The translations under genes were made by a program, and so were the position numbers. The notes beneath the pieces were generated by a model that saw only the letters and a program-made list of their open reading frames with translations, searched no databases and was not told where the DNA came from. 64,000 bases of DNA from Octopus vulgaris (Eukaryota): the NCBI GenBank assembly GCA_951406725.2, contig OX597834.1, positions 24,428,001 through 24,492,000 on the forward strand, given 5' to 3'. The first letter of the stretch is position 1. Each line of letters opens with the position of its first letter. Shown piece by piece: positions 11,600 to 22,885 of the stretch.

Positions 11600-12163
11600 C
11601 TCTCTAAATCACGACATGCAGTCAGTCGTGACTGCTTTTAATCTTCCGTGAGCGAGCGAGGCACACATTTTGCTGCAACTCTTTCCATTCGCAATTCCTC
11701 GCTCAAAATTCGCTGGCAGGAGCTCCAGGACACACCAGTCATATCAAGTCTGTTAACTGTTCGGTGACGGTCCTCCAAAATCAGTCCATGAATTTTCGTG
11801 ATGTTTTCATTCGTTTGTGAGATTGGTCTTCAAGTGACAAGTGACCATTCCTAAAGTAAGAAAACCACTCGTATTGCTCGTGTTTTGCTCATGGCAGTGT
11901 CCGTGTAAGCTGAGAAGCATGAGAACTGTTTCGCCCGCCGTTTTCCCCAGCAGAAAACAGAATTTCACAGAAGCACTCTGTCCATTCTTTCCAAGCATCG
12001 TAAAAATCGACGAACTAGGAGGAAGCACTGGAAAACAAAGAAGCACCCAGTATGACCCCACTCGACGACGCCGGTCGGCGGACTGAACCTGAGGGTTGTA
12101 TCAAGTGGCTTCTAGCAGTGGAAGTCTGAACTACGTTTCCGATTACTTTTGGGTACTCCTCCG
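11600..12163 (-). mobile_element. Mariner 5' relic
   Basis: TA then cggaggagtacccaaaagtaatcggaa as a TIR-like end; peptide QSASVKFCFLLGKTAGETVLML is a typical mariner N-terminus. Confidence 0.75.
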
Positions 12164-12224
12164 TATAGTATAGTATAGTATAGTATAGTATAGTATAGTA
12201 TATATATATATATATATATATATA

Positions 12225-12430
12225 TTGGTAAAAATGGTTAGATAACAAAAGAAAGAAAGAAACCTCAATATTATGTAAATAGAGGAAAATTTATCTATAA
12301 AATAATATGTACAATTAATAGTCAAGATAAAACTCTGAGTTTCAGATGCCGAAGTGGAAATCCACAACACCATCTCTTTGGTTATCTGGCCAGATAACCG
12401 AGTTTTATCTTGACTATTAATTGTACATAT

Positions 12431-12437
<7 letters not shown>
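12225..12437. mobile_element. Penelope-like terminal fragment with 38-bp inverted repeat, inside (TA)n
   Basis: Arms 12298-12335 and 12400-12437; palindrome ggttatctggccagataacc; degenerate hammerhead-like fold on the minus strand. Confidence 0.55.
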
Positions 12438-12481
<44 letters not shown>

Positions 12482-12486
<5 letters not shown>

Positions 12487-12955
12487 CATAAGGGGGATCA
12501 GCCATCTGAATGTGGCTAGGGTCAGGGCGGGGTGGTGGGGGTGTTACTGATGCATTTAGCCCCAGGCGAACATCAACGTCACCAGAAGGGCTGACACCAT
12601 CTCGGCGTCCTTGCCAGCCTGCAAAGGGAGATCAGCCTCCCCGAAGATACGGATACTACATACGGACCGGTTTCGAGGTTATTGCCTCTTGTCAACGTAT
12701 GGTAAGCACCGCTCTTCGTTGAGGGACTTCCTCTACAGGCTGGATATATAGATTTTCACAGTAAAACCGGTCCGTATGTAGTATCCGTATCTTCGGGGAG
12801 GCTGATCTCCCTTTTCAGGCTGGCAAGGACACCGAGATGGTGTCAGCCCTTCTGGTGACGTTGATGTTCGCCTGGGGCTAAATGCATCAGTAACACCCCC
12901 ACCACCCCGCCCTGACCCTAGCCACATTCAGATGGCTGATCCCCCTTATGTTATA
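12482..12955. repeat. 192-bp inverted repeat with 90-bp spacer (inverted Penelope-type terminal repeat)
   Basis: Arms 12482-12673 and 12764-12955, with two mismatches seen. Confidence 0.92.
12659..12701 (-). ncRNA. Minimal type I hammerhead ribozyme (U3-A8 core variant)
   Basis: CATACG-TTGACAA-GAGG-caataa-CCTC-GAAA-CCGG-TC-CGTATG: stems I and II perfect, palindromic helix III, GUC cleavage triplet. Confidence 0.8.
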
Positions 12956-12996
12956 GAGCAGTTACTGTTTATATCTCTCTCAGAGATTTATTATTG

Positions 12997-13041
<45 letters not shown>

Positions 13042-13276
13042 AATACATAAACACACATGCACACACAGGCGCGCGAACACAGTCTTTCATACGCGGAAAA
13101 CTTGGTCTCTATATGTAAAACAGCAGAGAAAGAAGCATTGTTCTATCTAAATGGTATGTGCCAAAAGTTTTCGTTCAAACACATGTGTTCGGTGAGTTCC
13201 AAAATATCTCATCTGGCATTTGGTAGCAGACCAAAATATGTAAGTTAATAAATATAAACATAGGTATAAATACAAA

Positions 13277-13734
<458 letters not shown>

Positions 13735-13784
13735 TGTGTGTGTGTGCGCGTTTGTGTATAAAAATAACCGAGTATGTATATATG

Positions 13785-13816
<32 letters not shown>

Positions 13817-14036
13817 CGAGATGTATTATAGACAAATGACTGAGATTATTCAGCTTTTATATCCTGTTTATATGTCAGAACTTTTACTCGATTGCCTTCG
13901 CAAATATTTTATATATATGTATAAATGTATGTATATATGCATACATACACATATTCATAAATATAGACATTGATATATATATATACATGCATCAAGAGAA
14001 AGCATTCCGTTTAAATTATATATGTACACACACACA

Positions 14037-14092
<56 letters not shown>

Positions 14093-14268
14093 GGATAACA
14101 GAAGTGGGCTTAAAATTCACAACAGCTGTTTCGCCAAATTTTTTATCGACTCATTCTTAGATTACATCATGGCAAAAACCTGCCAAACAATCACAGAGAA
14201 AGAAGTGAAATTTTGAAAAAGTACAATAGAATTTATAGGGGATGTGGGTCAGAAGCACAGAACGCAAC

Positions 14269-14400
14269 TAGTTCAAAACTACTTATTTTCGAGTTGCTAT
14301 CTTAATTAGTTCATTGTTCTGGCCATGTGTTGTCTTTGACCACCGGCCAGAGCTAGAAACTAATTAAGACAGCAAATCGAAAATAAGTAGTTTTGAACTA
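14269..14400. repeat. Fold-back hairpin with arms of about 43 bp
   Basis: tagttcaaaactacttattttcga…/…tcgaaaataagtagttttgaacta, plus inner tctggcc/ggccaga. Confidence 0.85.
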
Positions 14401-14749
14401 CTGTGCTTTCTCAAAATTTCACTTGTCCCACCATGATTGTTGGGGAACTAGACATCTCTGTTTCTAGGCTTAAAATTTACTTGAAGATGGTAGATTTTTG
14501 CCGTAATGTAATCCAAGAATGCATCAATAAAATGGTGACGGAAAAGCTGTTGCGAATTTTGAACCCCACTTCTGTTCTTTATACATATGCTACACGTGGA
14601 ACCATTCCTGGGTACATATGTATATATATGCGCAGGTTTGGCTATGTGGTAAGAAACTTGCTTCTCTGTCACATGGTTCCAGGTAATTTTGTATGTATAC
14701 GTGCAGATTCGTATGTTTTGTATTATGTGTCTTCTCATACATATAGTTG

Positions 14750-15420
14750 CATATATTGAACGCTCATAAATACTTGAATGATAAATTTCTGGAAGGTTTT
14801 ACAGATTTTCACAGTTTCAGTGATAGACTGGATCTGTAGTCTTCGAATTAGCTTTCTCCTTTCTGGTTTTGAGAAGCCTAATTTCTCAAGATTGGTATTT
14901 AGGCAGTGTGCTACATATCCCAGGACCCCAATAATTACAGGTAATAAACCCGAACTTGTAATCTAAATAGAGTAACTGCAGATTTTTCAATAGTTCAGTG
15001 CAAGTATTTTCTTTTTCCCTGATCTTCAGCTGTATGTTAACATCCGCTGGGCAGCTAATTCCCACAACTGTACACGGTTTCTCTTCTCTATCCCAAATCA
15101 TTATATCAGGTCTGTTGTATTTATATTTTATTGAGGTTTTCACTGGGACATTCCATCAGTACTCCTTTTTATTATGAGTAGCTATGGCTTCTACCATACT
15201 GTGGATTCTTAATTCTTTGTCCTCGGGGTTATCCTTCCGACGGATTTCATTATAGAGTGTCCTAGTTACACAAAGTTTGCATCAGTTGTCACATTTTATT
15301 GCTTTTCCTGCATCTCTATGCATTTAGTGCATCAGGTATTTGGTTGATACTTCCTGTTCCTGGATTGAAAACGCATACCCTTTAAAGTGGGAGGTAGTAA
15401 TCAGGTTATTTGTTCATGAT
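14750..15420 (-). mobile_element. R4/Dong-type non-LTR retrotransposon 3' fragment (restriction-like endonuclease)
   Basis: NRPDIMIWDREEKPCTVVGISCPADVNIQLKIREKENT (PD-(D/E)xK-type REL region) and upstream GYAFSIQEQEVSTKYL. Confidence 0.75.
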
Positions 15421-15426
15421 AAACTG

Positions 15427-15477
<51 letters not shown>

Positions 15478-15801
15478 TGTATGTATGTATGTATGTATGT
15501 AGGTAGGTAGGTAGGTAGGTAGGTAGGGTAGTGTTTTTAGCTTCAAGTTTTTGTTGATGAATTACAACATCCATGATGAGAAAGGCAAGTGTTGTCTTTA
15601 TAAATATATGGAAGAATGAATAAAGGAGAAGAGCGAAATTTCTGTTCCACCAACAACCAAATCTGTATGGAAGAATCAACAACCGAAATAAACTTGTACT
15701 TTAACGGTATTCTGACGTTAATCGAGTCATACAGTCGATTGTGTCATAATAAAACGTTAAATAACATCACGTGATTGCGTTGAGAACGACAACCTCACTC
15801 A

Positions 15802-16440
15802 GTGAAGGCTCTTCCGACAAGAGAAAGCAGTTGTTTTTGTATGAATCTTAACAGTAAAAGTTTTAGAAATAATAATACTAATACAAATTACGTTAATAAT
15901 TGCATTGTAATACCTTCTATAATGCATAGTCCCAGAACGGAAATTCCAATTCTTTTAGGAGAGCCTGCAATGAAGGAACAGAGGAATTCCTTTGAAAGAA
16001 ATGCAATGCTAGATCAAACCAAACGTTGGCTTAGAACTGTATTTTTGAGAGATTTCTCAGCATCTCAGAATTTCGCTTCAGAAAATAATCATGAAGGTAC
16101 CAAATCTACCGAAACAGAAAAAGATCAGCCGGGTCATTCGGCAGTAGAGATTGTCCCCTATGACGCGAATGACGTGAATAAATTGACAAATATTAAAAAG
16201 CCAGATAAAAAGCACAAAATCTCCCTTCATGATGCATTGATTCTTGACAAAAAAGACTGGAGTAATCTTTATCTTGGTCCTATAGAGGAAAAAGAGGATC
16301 TGGGTTCACATGAGACGAGAGAGCCAGATGATATAAAATGGAGTAGTAAAAAAATGATTATAATTTGGATAATGACTGCAATTAGTGTGATTGTTCTGAT
16401 TATAACCATTTCTATGTGTGGTCTTGATTTCTGCGACTGA
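15802..16440 (+). pseudogene. Paralog of the 21893-22540 membrane protein; 212 codons open but ATG and signal peptide disrupted
   Basis: Aligned blocks SKSFRNNNTNT, TEIPILL, QTKRWLRTVFLRDFSASQNF, and a TM segment ending FCD*. Frameshifted remnants of GILTLI…DCVII lie at about 15700-15750. Confidence 0.65.
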
Positions 16441-18807
16441 AAAACGAATGTGGCTTGTAGAAGAGAATCCCTGTGTTTACTAAATTTCATTCCGCACAGA
16501 ATATATATTTTAAAGGAACCTGTCTGAGAACAGCGAAGATGGTACCGAGCCAGACTACCATTTTTTTTTACAGTATTGCTTACGTACCTCGACTCAACCG
16601 AACCCAAGCCATTCTCTTACCAGCGCAAAGAAAATGTTGAAGAAAGACAAAATTTATGTTTTGACGATTTTAAATCTTAAATCTTGTTAAACTTTACAGT
16701 TTTGAAAACAATATCAAGTTTCCATAACAATTTTTTTAATACTTTTGTTACAATTTAAGTAACGCTTTAAAAATGAAATTGTTAAACTTTTTTGTGACGG
16801 TTTCAGTTTATCTCAAGTAAAATAAGAGTCATTTATAAGTCGACCTCCTTAAGGCGACACCACTAGATTTGAAGTGCTCAACATCTACTTCATCTGCAAT
16901 AACGACTATCATTCATTATATATATATTTTTATTTATTTATTTATATTGAAAATACATATGCCTAATCATCAAATTGAATGTTCTTTGTACATATTAGAA
17001 TTGTAATAAATGAAAACAAATTAACTGTATTGAAGGATTTTTATCCGTGGATGATGTGTTTGTGTGTGTGTGCCATTCTTGTGTTTGAATCTTGTGAATG
17101 TCAAGTTCAGCAGGCCATTTGTTTGAATGTTATCCCGCTTATTTAAACCTTGTTGGAGTTGCTTCTGTCCTCATTACTGAACAATCATACGTTGTTTTCG
17201 ACAGGTGACCCCATCATATATATTGATTTCAAATTTTGGCACAAGGCCAGCAAGTTCGGGAAAAGGGATTAAGTCGATTACATCGACCCCAGTTGTTCAA
17301 ATGGTAATTATTTTATCGACCCCGTTTATACGAAGACCTTTTCTGGAGTACACTAAACTCCAAACTTGTTTTTGTTCAAAATACACTTTATCAATAGTCT
17401 TTACTTTTCTTTTCTCCATATATTAATTATAATAATTTTTAAATAGAAATATTAGTTATTAATTATTCTGTATTTACAACAAGAAAGCTTCCAAGTAGGC
17501 GTGGTTTGATAGTGACATTTTAATAAAAAGTATTTAAAAAACCTTTCGAACATTTTTAATTTACAGACATAATTGCGGGTTCAATTTTCAGAAAGGTACA
17601 ATATAATGACGTGGTCTAGTGTTCTTGATGATAATGTGGAGTGAAATCCTGAAGCGGGCGATACATTGTGTCCTTAAACAAGGTACTTCTTTTCATGTTG
17701 CCTCAGTCTACTATGATGAGTATCAACCAAGATGCCGATGCAGCATCGCCTCTATTTTTCTCTGCGGTTGTTACACCATAGACATTCTGCTGGTTCAAGT
17801 GTGAGAGGCTCAAGAGGACGTCTATGTCCGCACACGACTATACAGGCACCTAAAACAGTTAGCGAAAGTATGGTGCACATTACCAAGCCATACTTACTGT
17901 GACTATTGTACTTTATTGTACAAATACATGCCATTTAGTGCTTATCACCTGATCAATTCTGGATAGTCACTGTTGGAAAAGCTTTGATCATAGGTGTTAC
18001 CAAACATGCTTATAATCAAAGCTGTCCCAACCGTGACTTCATTTTTTTCTATTTTTTCTTTTCGTGTATTGAATAAAAGTTGTCTCTTTCTACTCAGAAG
18101 CTCCGCTGTTGTGTGTCTAGTTACCGCCTCTATCCCCTTCTGTTAGGGAAGGAATTAGAACGTCTCCCCTCCCTTTCGGCACAGTTTAATCCACATTGAT
18201 ATTTGTTTATTTTTTAATACCTCTCCCCTAGAGACTTTCTTAACACTATCAAGACACTCTAGCAAGAAGTCATCTTTATTCCTTTGGAGGTAAAATGTTA
18301 TTCTCAAATCGAGGCTGAAATTGAATTTCAGGAAGGATAAGCATTTATGAAAGGTGCTCTTCTGCTCTACTGAATATACAGAGCGATATTCTGAAAGACG
18401 GAGAGATACAACTTATATGCAGGGGATGAAATAGCTGTGGCGTTTTGGAATTATGTACCTCTTCCCTCAATTTTGAAGGGAGGGGACAAGTCGATTAAAT
18501 CGATAGCAGTATTTGGCTGGCACTTTATTTCATTGATCCTGAAGGAATGCAAAACAAAGTTGACCAAGGCGGGATTTGAACTCAGAACGTAAAGTGCTGG
18601 AAGAAATGCCGTTTTTCTTTCTCCTCCACTTCTTAATTTAATTTAATGTGGAACATTAAAAAAAAATTATAACAAAAAAATCTTGTAAAAAATTATAACA
18701 AACATGTACTCTACAAAAAGTGCTGACAAGTCTTCAGTTCAATAAATGCATAAGATACTGAGAACAATCTAACCCAGAGTTAGGGCTGTGAATTAAGAGT
18801 CCAATAT

Positions 18808-19082
18808 GGGTACTACAAGCGAACAGTGGTCCCGGTGTGCGCACTCGCGCATCCGCGCTAGCCAGTCGTAAGTAGTCCATCCTACAACGACTTGCGCGTA
18901 TGTTTGTTTTTCAAGGCTGAACACGTATCAAAGAAAATTGAATATTTCTCGAACAAAGTAAATAAAACGCAAAGTTTTAAACTAAGTAAATAAATTATTT
19001 TTATAAACAAACTAAGGTTAGGGTCAGAAAGTCGTTGTAGGATCGACTACTTACGACTAGCTACTGTTCACTAGTAGTACCC
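18808..19082. mobile_element. MITE, Merlin-like
   Basis: TIR (g)ggtactacaagcgaacagt / actgttcactagtagtacc(c); direct repeat ccaatatg at 18801-18808 and 19083-19090; second internal inverted pair of about 35 bp. Confidence 0.75.
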
Positions 19083-21892
19083 CCAATATGTTGGTTATAA
19101 TGCATGTATATACACGAGTTCAAATCTATCCAAACCGACTTTTAATGTTAGAAAGAAAAATTGTGCTTCTAGTATACTTAAACAAACTGGGTGTTGAGGG
19201 AAGGTTTCCGAATTAATGCCCCCCACCCTTTTTCATTAAGAAAGAGTGAGTAACACACACACACACACAGATTGTGTAGATTATCAAATGTAATAAAACG
19301 AAACGCGTCTTAAAACCCTTATATTTTATGGTGTGAATGTCGCCAAGAGATTTTAATATTTAAGTGTTACGGGGAGGAGGAAGCAGCAAATATTTGTAGT
19401 TGAACATCTCGTGTGAAAGAAAGTTTTATTATGGTTAAATTCCCGGAGTATAATAATGAAATAACAGACGGGTGTCAAATTTAGAAACAATCGGAACTAT
19501 ACTGCAAGGCACTTATAGGGTTCCATTGAGTAAATAAAAAAAATCAGAAGACTTGAATTTGAGTGTCAAGATTTGGGTGTAAGGTATCACAATTATAAAC
19601 ATTCTGGGATTTATTTAGCGGATTGAAACAGGAAAGGAATAGAGATACGGCCTCTATAAAGAATTTTATACAAAAATAAATGAAAATTGTACAACTGTCA
19701 TGTTTATATAGAGTTATCAAATGGGTTAAAGATCAGATAAAAATATACTTCCACGATATATTCTGTTATATAAATGGTAACAAAGTTTTCAAAATACACA
19801 CGTTTCTTTAACATTCAGGCCATCTTTGGTGCTCCGTCAACTCAAAATGTTACAATTGCAGAAATTTTTAATATCGTTAATATATACTTCCCAGATTGAT
19901 TGGAATCTAAATCTAAGGTCCATGCAGTATCAGAATCGTGAGAACGTTGTACTAAATTCTTTAAGATACGGTAGGAGACATTACGTTCCAAGTTCGCCGA
20001 TGTCAACTTTTCCTCACAACCATCGGAGGTGTGGACAAACAGTGCCAGTCAAGTACTGTGGAGGTACTGTCAATCTACTACACTCCGTCCATTGTAAGTA
20101 TTTGACGGAGCCAAAGTTAGAACTTCATATTTAAAGCCAATAATCACAGAAAACGCTATTGCGGGAACTCACAGAATCAAGTTCTTGATGGTGAACTCGT
20201 CAATTCTTCCAAAGATGGTCTAATTTTTTTTTATTACCTATAAAAGGTAACACGAAGATGCTTGTCGACAAATGCAAAACATAATATAAAACGTGACAAA
20301 CTAGGGGAACTAAAAATTACAAACAGAGAATGAAACAAGAAAAAAAAAAAGAAACGAATGAGAATATGAAAGAATGAAAATGAGGCGCAATGCCCACTCG
20401 ATCTCCGAAGTCGAGTGGTTAGATTTTTTTTTAACAGTCTTTTCATTAACAACATCTACATATGTAGATTTTTTCAAAGTTCATATTATTTTCCAGTCTT
20501 TTTTCAAATTAAGTTTTTTTTTTTTTTTTTATCTTGGTATCTCAATTCAACCTCCCGTATTCCACTACAGAAGGTGGATCCTCATACAACCAGAACCCAT
20601 CTACCATTTGCAAATGTTAAAAAAAAAAAAAAAAAAATCCATCCATAAGTCTCATTTGCCATCAGGCACCCAAACACCTTTATCATCATATCAAATCCCT
20701 ACTTTGTAGCTCCACTCAGTCCCTTCCATTTCGCAATTTTTTTTCTCTGCATCCACACTTCTCTCATACACCTTCCAAAGATATGACAGCATTGAATGAC
20801 AAAGTGTTATTAATTGGTTTTGCCAAATCTAAGTTAATACTGGTTTCAAATATTGACACAAAGCCAAAAATAGCATGTGGAGTTGGCGAGTCGATTATAT
20901 CCTTACTATAGGCACAAGACCTGAAATTTTGCCGGAGAGGCTAGTTGATTATATATATAAAAAAAAGTAAAGTTGGACTCGGTAGAATTTGAACCCAGAG
21001 CGTTACGAGGCAGAAAAATACAGCAAGGCATTTTTTCCAATATTATAATGAGTCTGCCTCCTTGGCACAATATCTAGATCCGATATACAAAAGAAGCCAG
21101 TTTACATTGCTAAATTACAATGCGTGTGCAATTACGTTTGCTTCATAATGTGGTTTTGGGTTCGAGCCCATGTGCACCTGAAATTAAGATGTAAATGCTC
21201 TTTGTTCTCCGGTTAACCACCACTACATGCACTTTCGGGTTTCTCGTAGACGTTACTTTGTTGCACGCATTCAGACAGTCTCCGATTTGAAGAGATCTGA
21301 TGCCCTGAAACCAGTTATGGCCAATTCCCTTCTGGTTCAAACTAAATTTTCTTCTACAAAGCGATCATTCATACATGAAATGTTATTCAACTGTGAGAAA
21401 TCACGTTATGAAGACTGGTTAGAACAAGAATTGTGCTCAAAAACAAAGAACAACCGTAACAAATTTGACAAAGTTAAAGTCGGACTTCAACAGCGACCAC
21501 AAAATTTGTTTATCTTCAAACTTCAAATAACCTTCAAAATAGTAAAGCTTAACTTAGGACAGGCTATGCCAATCCATAAAGATTTTCTACAGGGGAAAAT
21601 TTCTTCCCTTGAAATTTTTTTTTCAAGCGTGAAATAGACGAGCTTGCAAGTCACTGTCCGCTATTTCCAATAACTTTCGTTGGCTACACTCACCGTCTGG
21701 AGACCGGACGGAATCTCAGTTTCGACAACTGAAAGTATTTGGAAGAATGCACGTATAAATATTAGAGAAAATGTAGCTTTGCATCATAATCACAGTCTTC
21801 GAACAAAAACTTCATTTGAAATTAAAAATTAATAAGTAGTGAAATTTAATAAATACGAGAATTATTTTACTAACAAAAGTCACATTGGTTTC

Positions 21893-22540
21893 TCATCCGC
21901 AGAAAGCATACAAACACACTGAAAGGATTATAATGAGAATAGTTATACTAATTCCGCAGAGGGTCCAAATCGTCACAACTTTTTTAAGACTCATTCTTGG
22001 AGTCGTTGTCCAGTTGTATACAGGTGTCGTCAATTCCTGGTCAGAAGATTCCATAATATTGGTTAATGGCACCTTAGAATTCGATATTGTGCTCATTGCT
22101 GTGGTACCACTAGAGAAAACCTCTTCTGAAGGAACAACTGTATTATCAGGAGCTACTTCAAGATAATTTCTATCAGTGAAATTACGAGAGGGCGAGAAAA
22201 TTTTCATCAGCACAGATCTCACCCAGCGTTTTGTTCGTTCCATTTTTGTACTGCTTTCAGAAAAATTTTTCGTCTGTTCCTTCGTTGTTGGCTCTAAGAA
22301 AAGTTGAATTTCGGTTTTGTGAGTAGCAGGTGTCACAGTAAAATTAGCAGCGGTGTTAGTATTGTTACTTTCAAAACTCTTGCCGTTAATGTCTACAGAG
22401 AAATCGTCGTGTTCCTTCGTGAGAAGAGCCATTACTGGAACACTATCGTTATTCACGTTGTCAGGTGAAGCAATAATAACACAATTAGCTGTAAGACATA
22501 ACTGGTTGAAGACCAACGCTAGAATACCTTTAAGGACCAT
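21893..22540 (-). CDS. Uncharacterised single-pass Ser/Thr-rich glycoprotein, 215 aa
   Basis: Signal-peptide-like N-terminus, at least 6 N-glycosylation sequons, RTKR furin-type motif, C-terminal hydrophobic helix; paralog at 15802. Confidence 0.75.
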   Translation of the reverse strand: MVLKGILALVFNQLCLTANCVIIASPDNVNNDSVPVMALLTKEHDDFSVDINGKSFESNNTNTAANFTVTPATHKTEIQLFLEPTTKEQTKNFSESSTKMERTKRWVRSVLMKIFSPSRNFTDRNYLEVAPDNTVVPSEEVFSSGTTAMSTISNSKVPLTNIMESSDQELTTPVYNWTTTPRMSLKKVVTIWTLCGISITILIIILSVCLYAFCG

Positions 22541-22885
22541 TTTTTGTTCGTTCCGTATATTAGCACTTCTCTGCTGGTTTGGTTCTTTGTGTGCCTGACT
22601 CGTCTATAAAAAATTTACGCTTATAGGCTTGGTTTTTATTATCCACGATGCTAATTTATTTTTACCCACAATGCGTCACGAAGACATTTCTCATGAAAAA
22701 ATGAATGATATGGATTTATACAAATGAGAATTAGACGGTCACCCCGTCCCCACTCCTGGCCGGTTACGTTTTTACAATTATTTCAAATGTTTTACAAGAT
22801 TTCTCTTTCCTTTTAAAATATTCATTATCCATTCACGGTTTTCTCTTTTTTTCCAAATTTTTAAAACCGTTATTTCAGAATACTT

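Noticed and set aside
12510-12927. Two near-identical short ORFs MWLGSGRGGGG… on opposite strands
   Set aside because: By-product of the 192-bp inverted repeat; non-ATG start and no coding signal.
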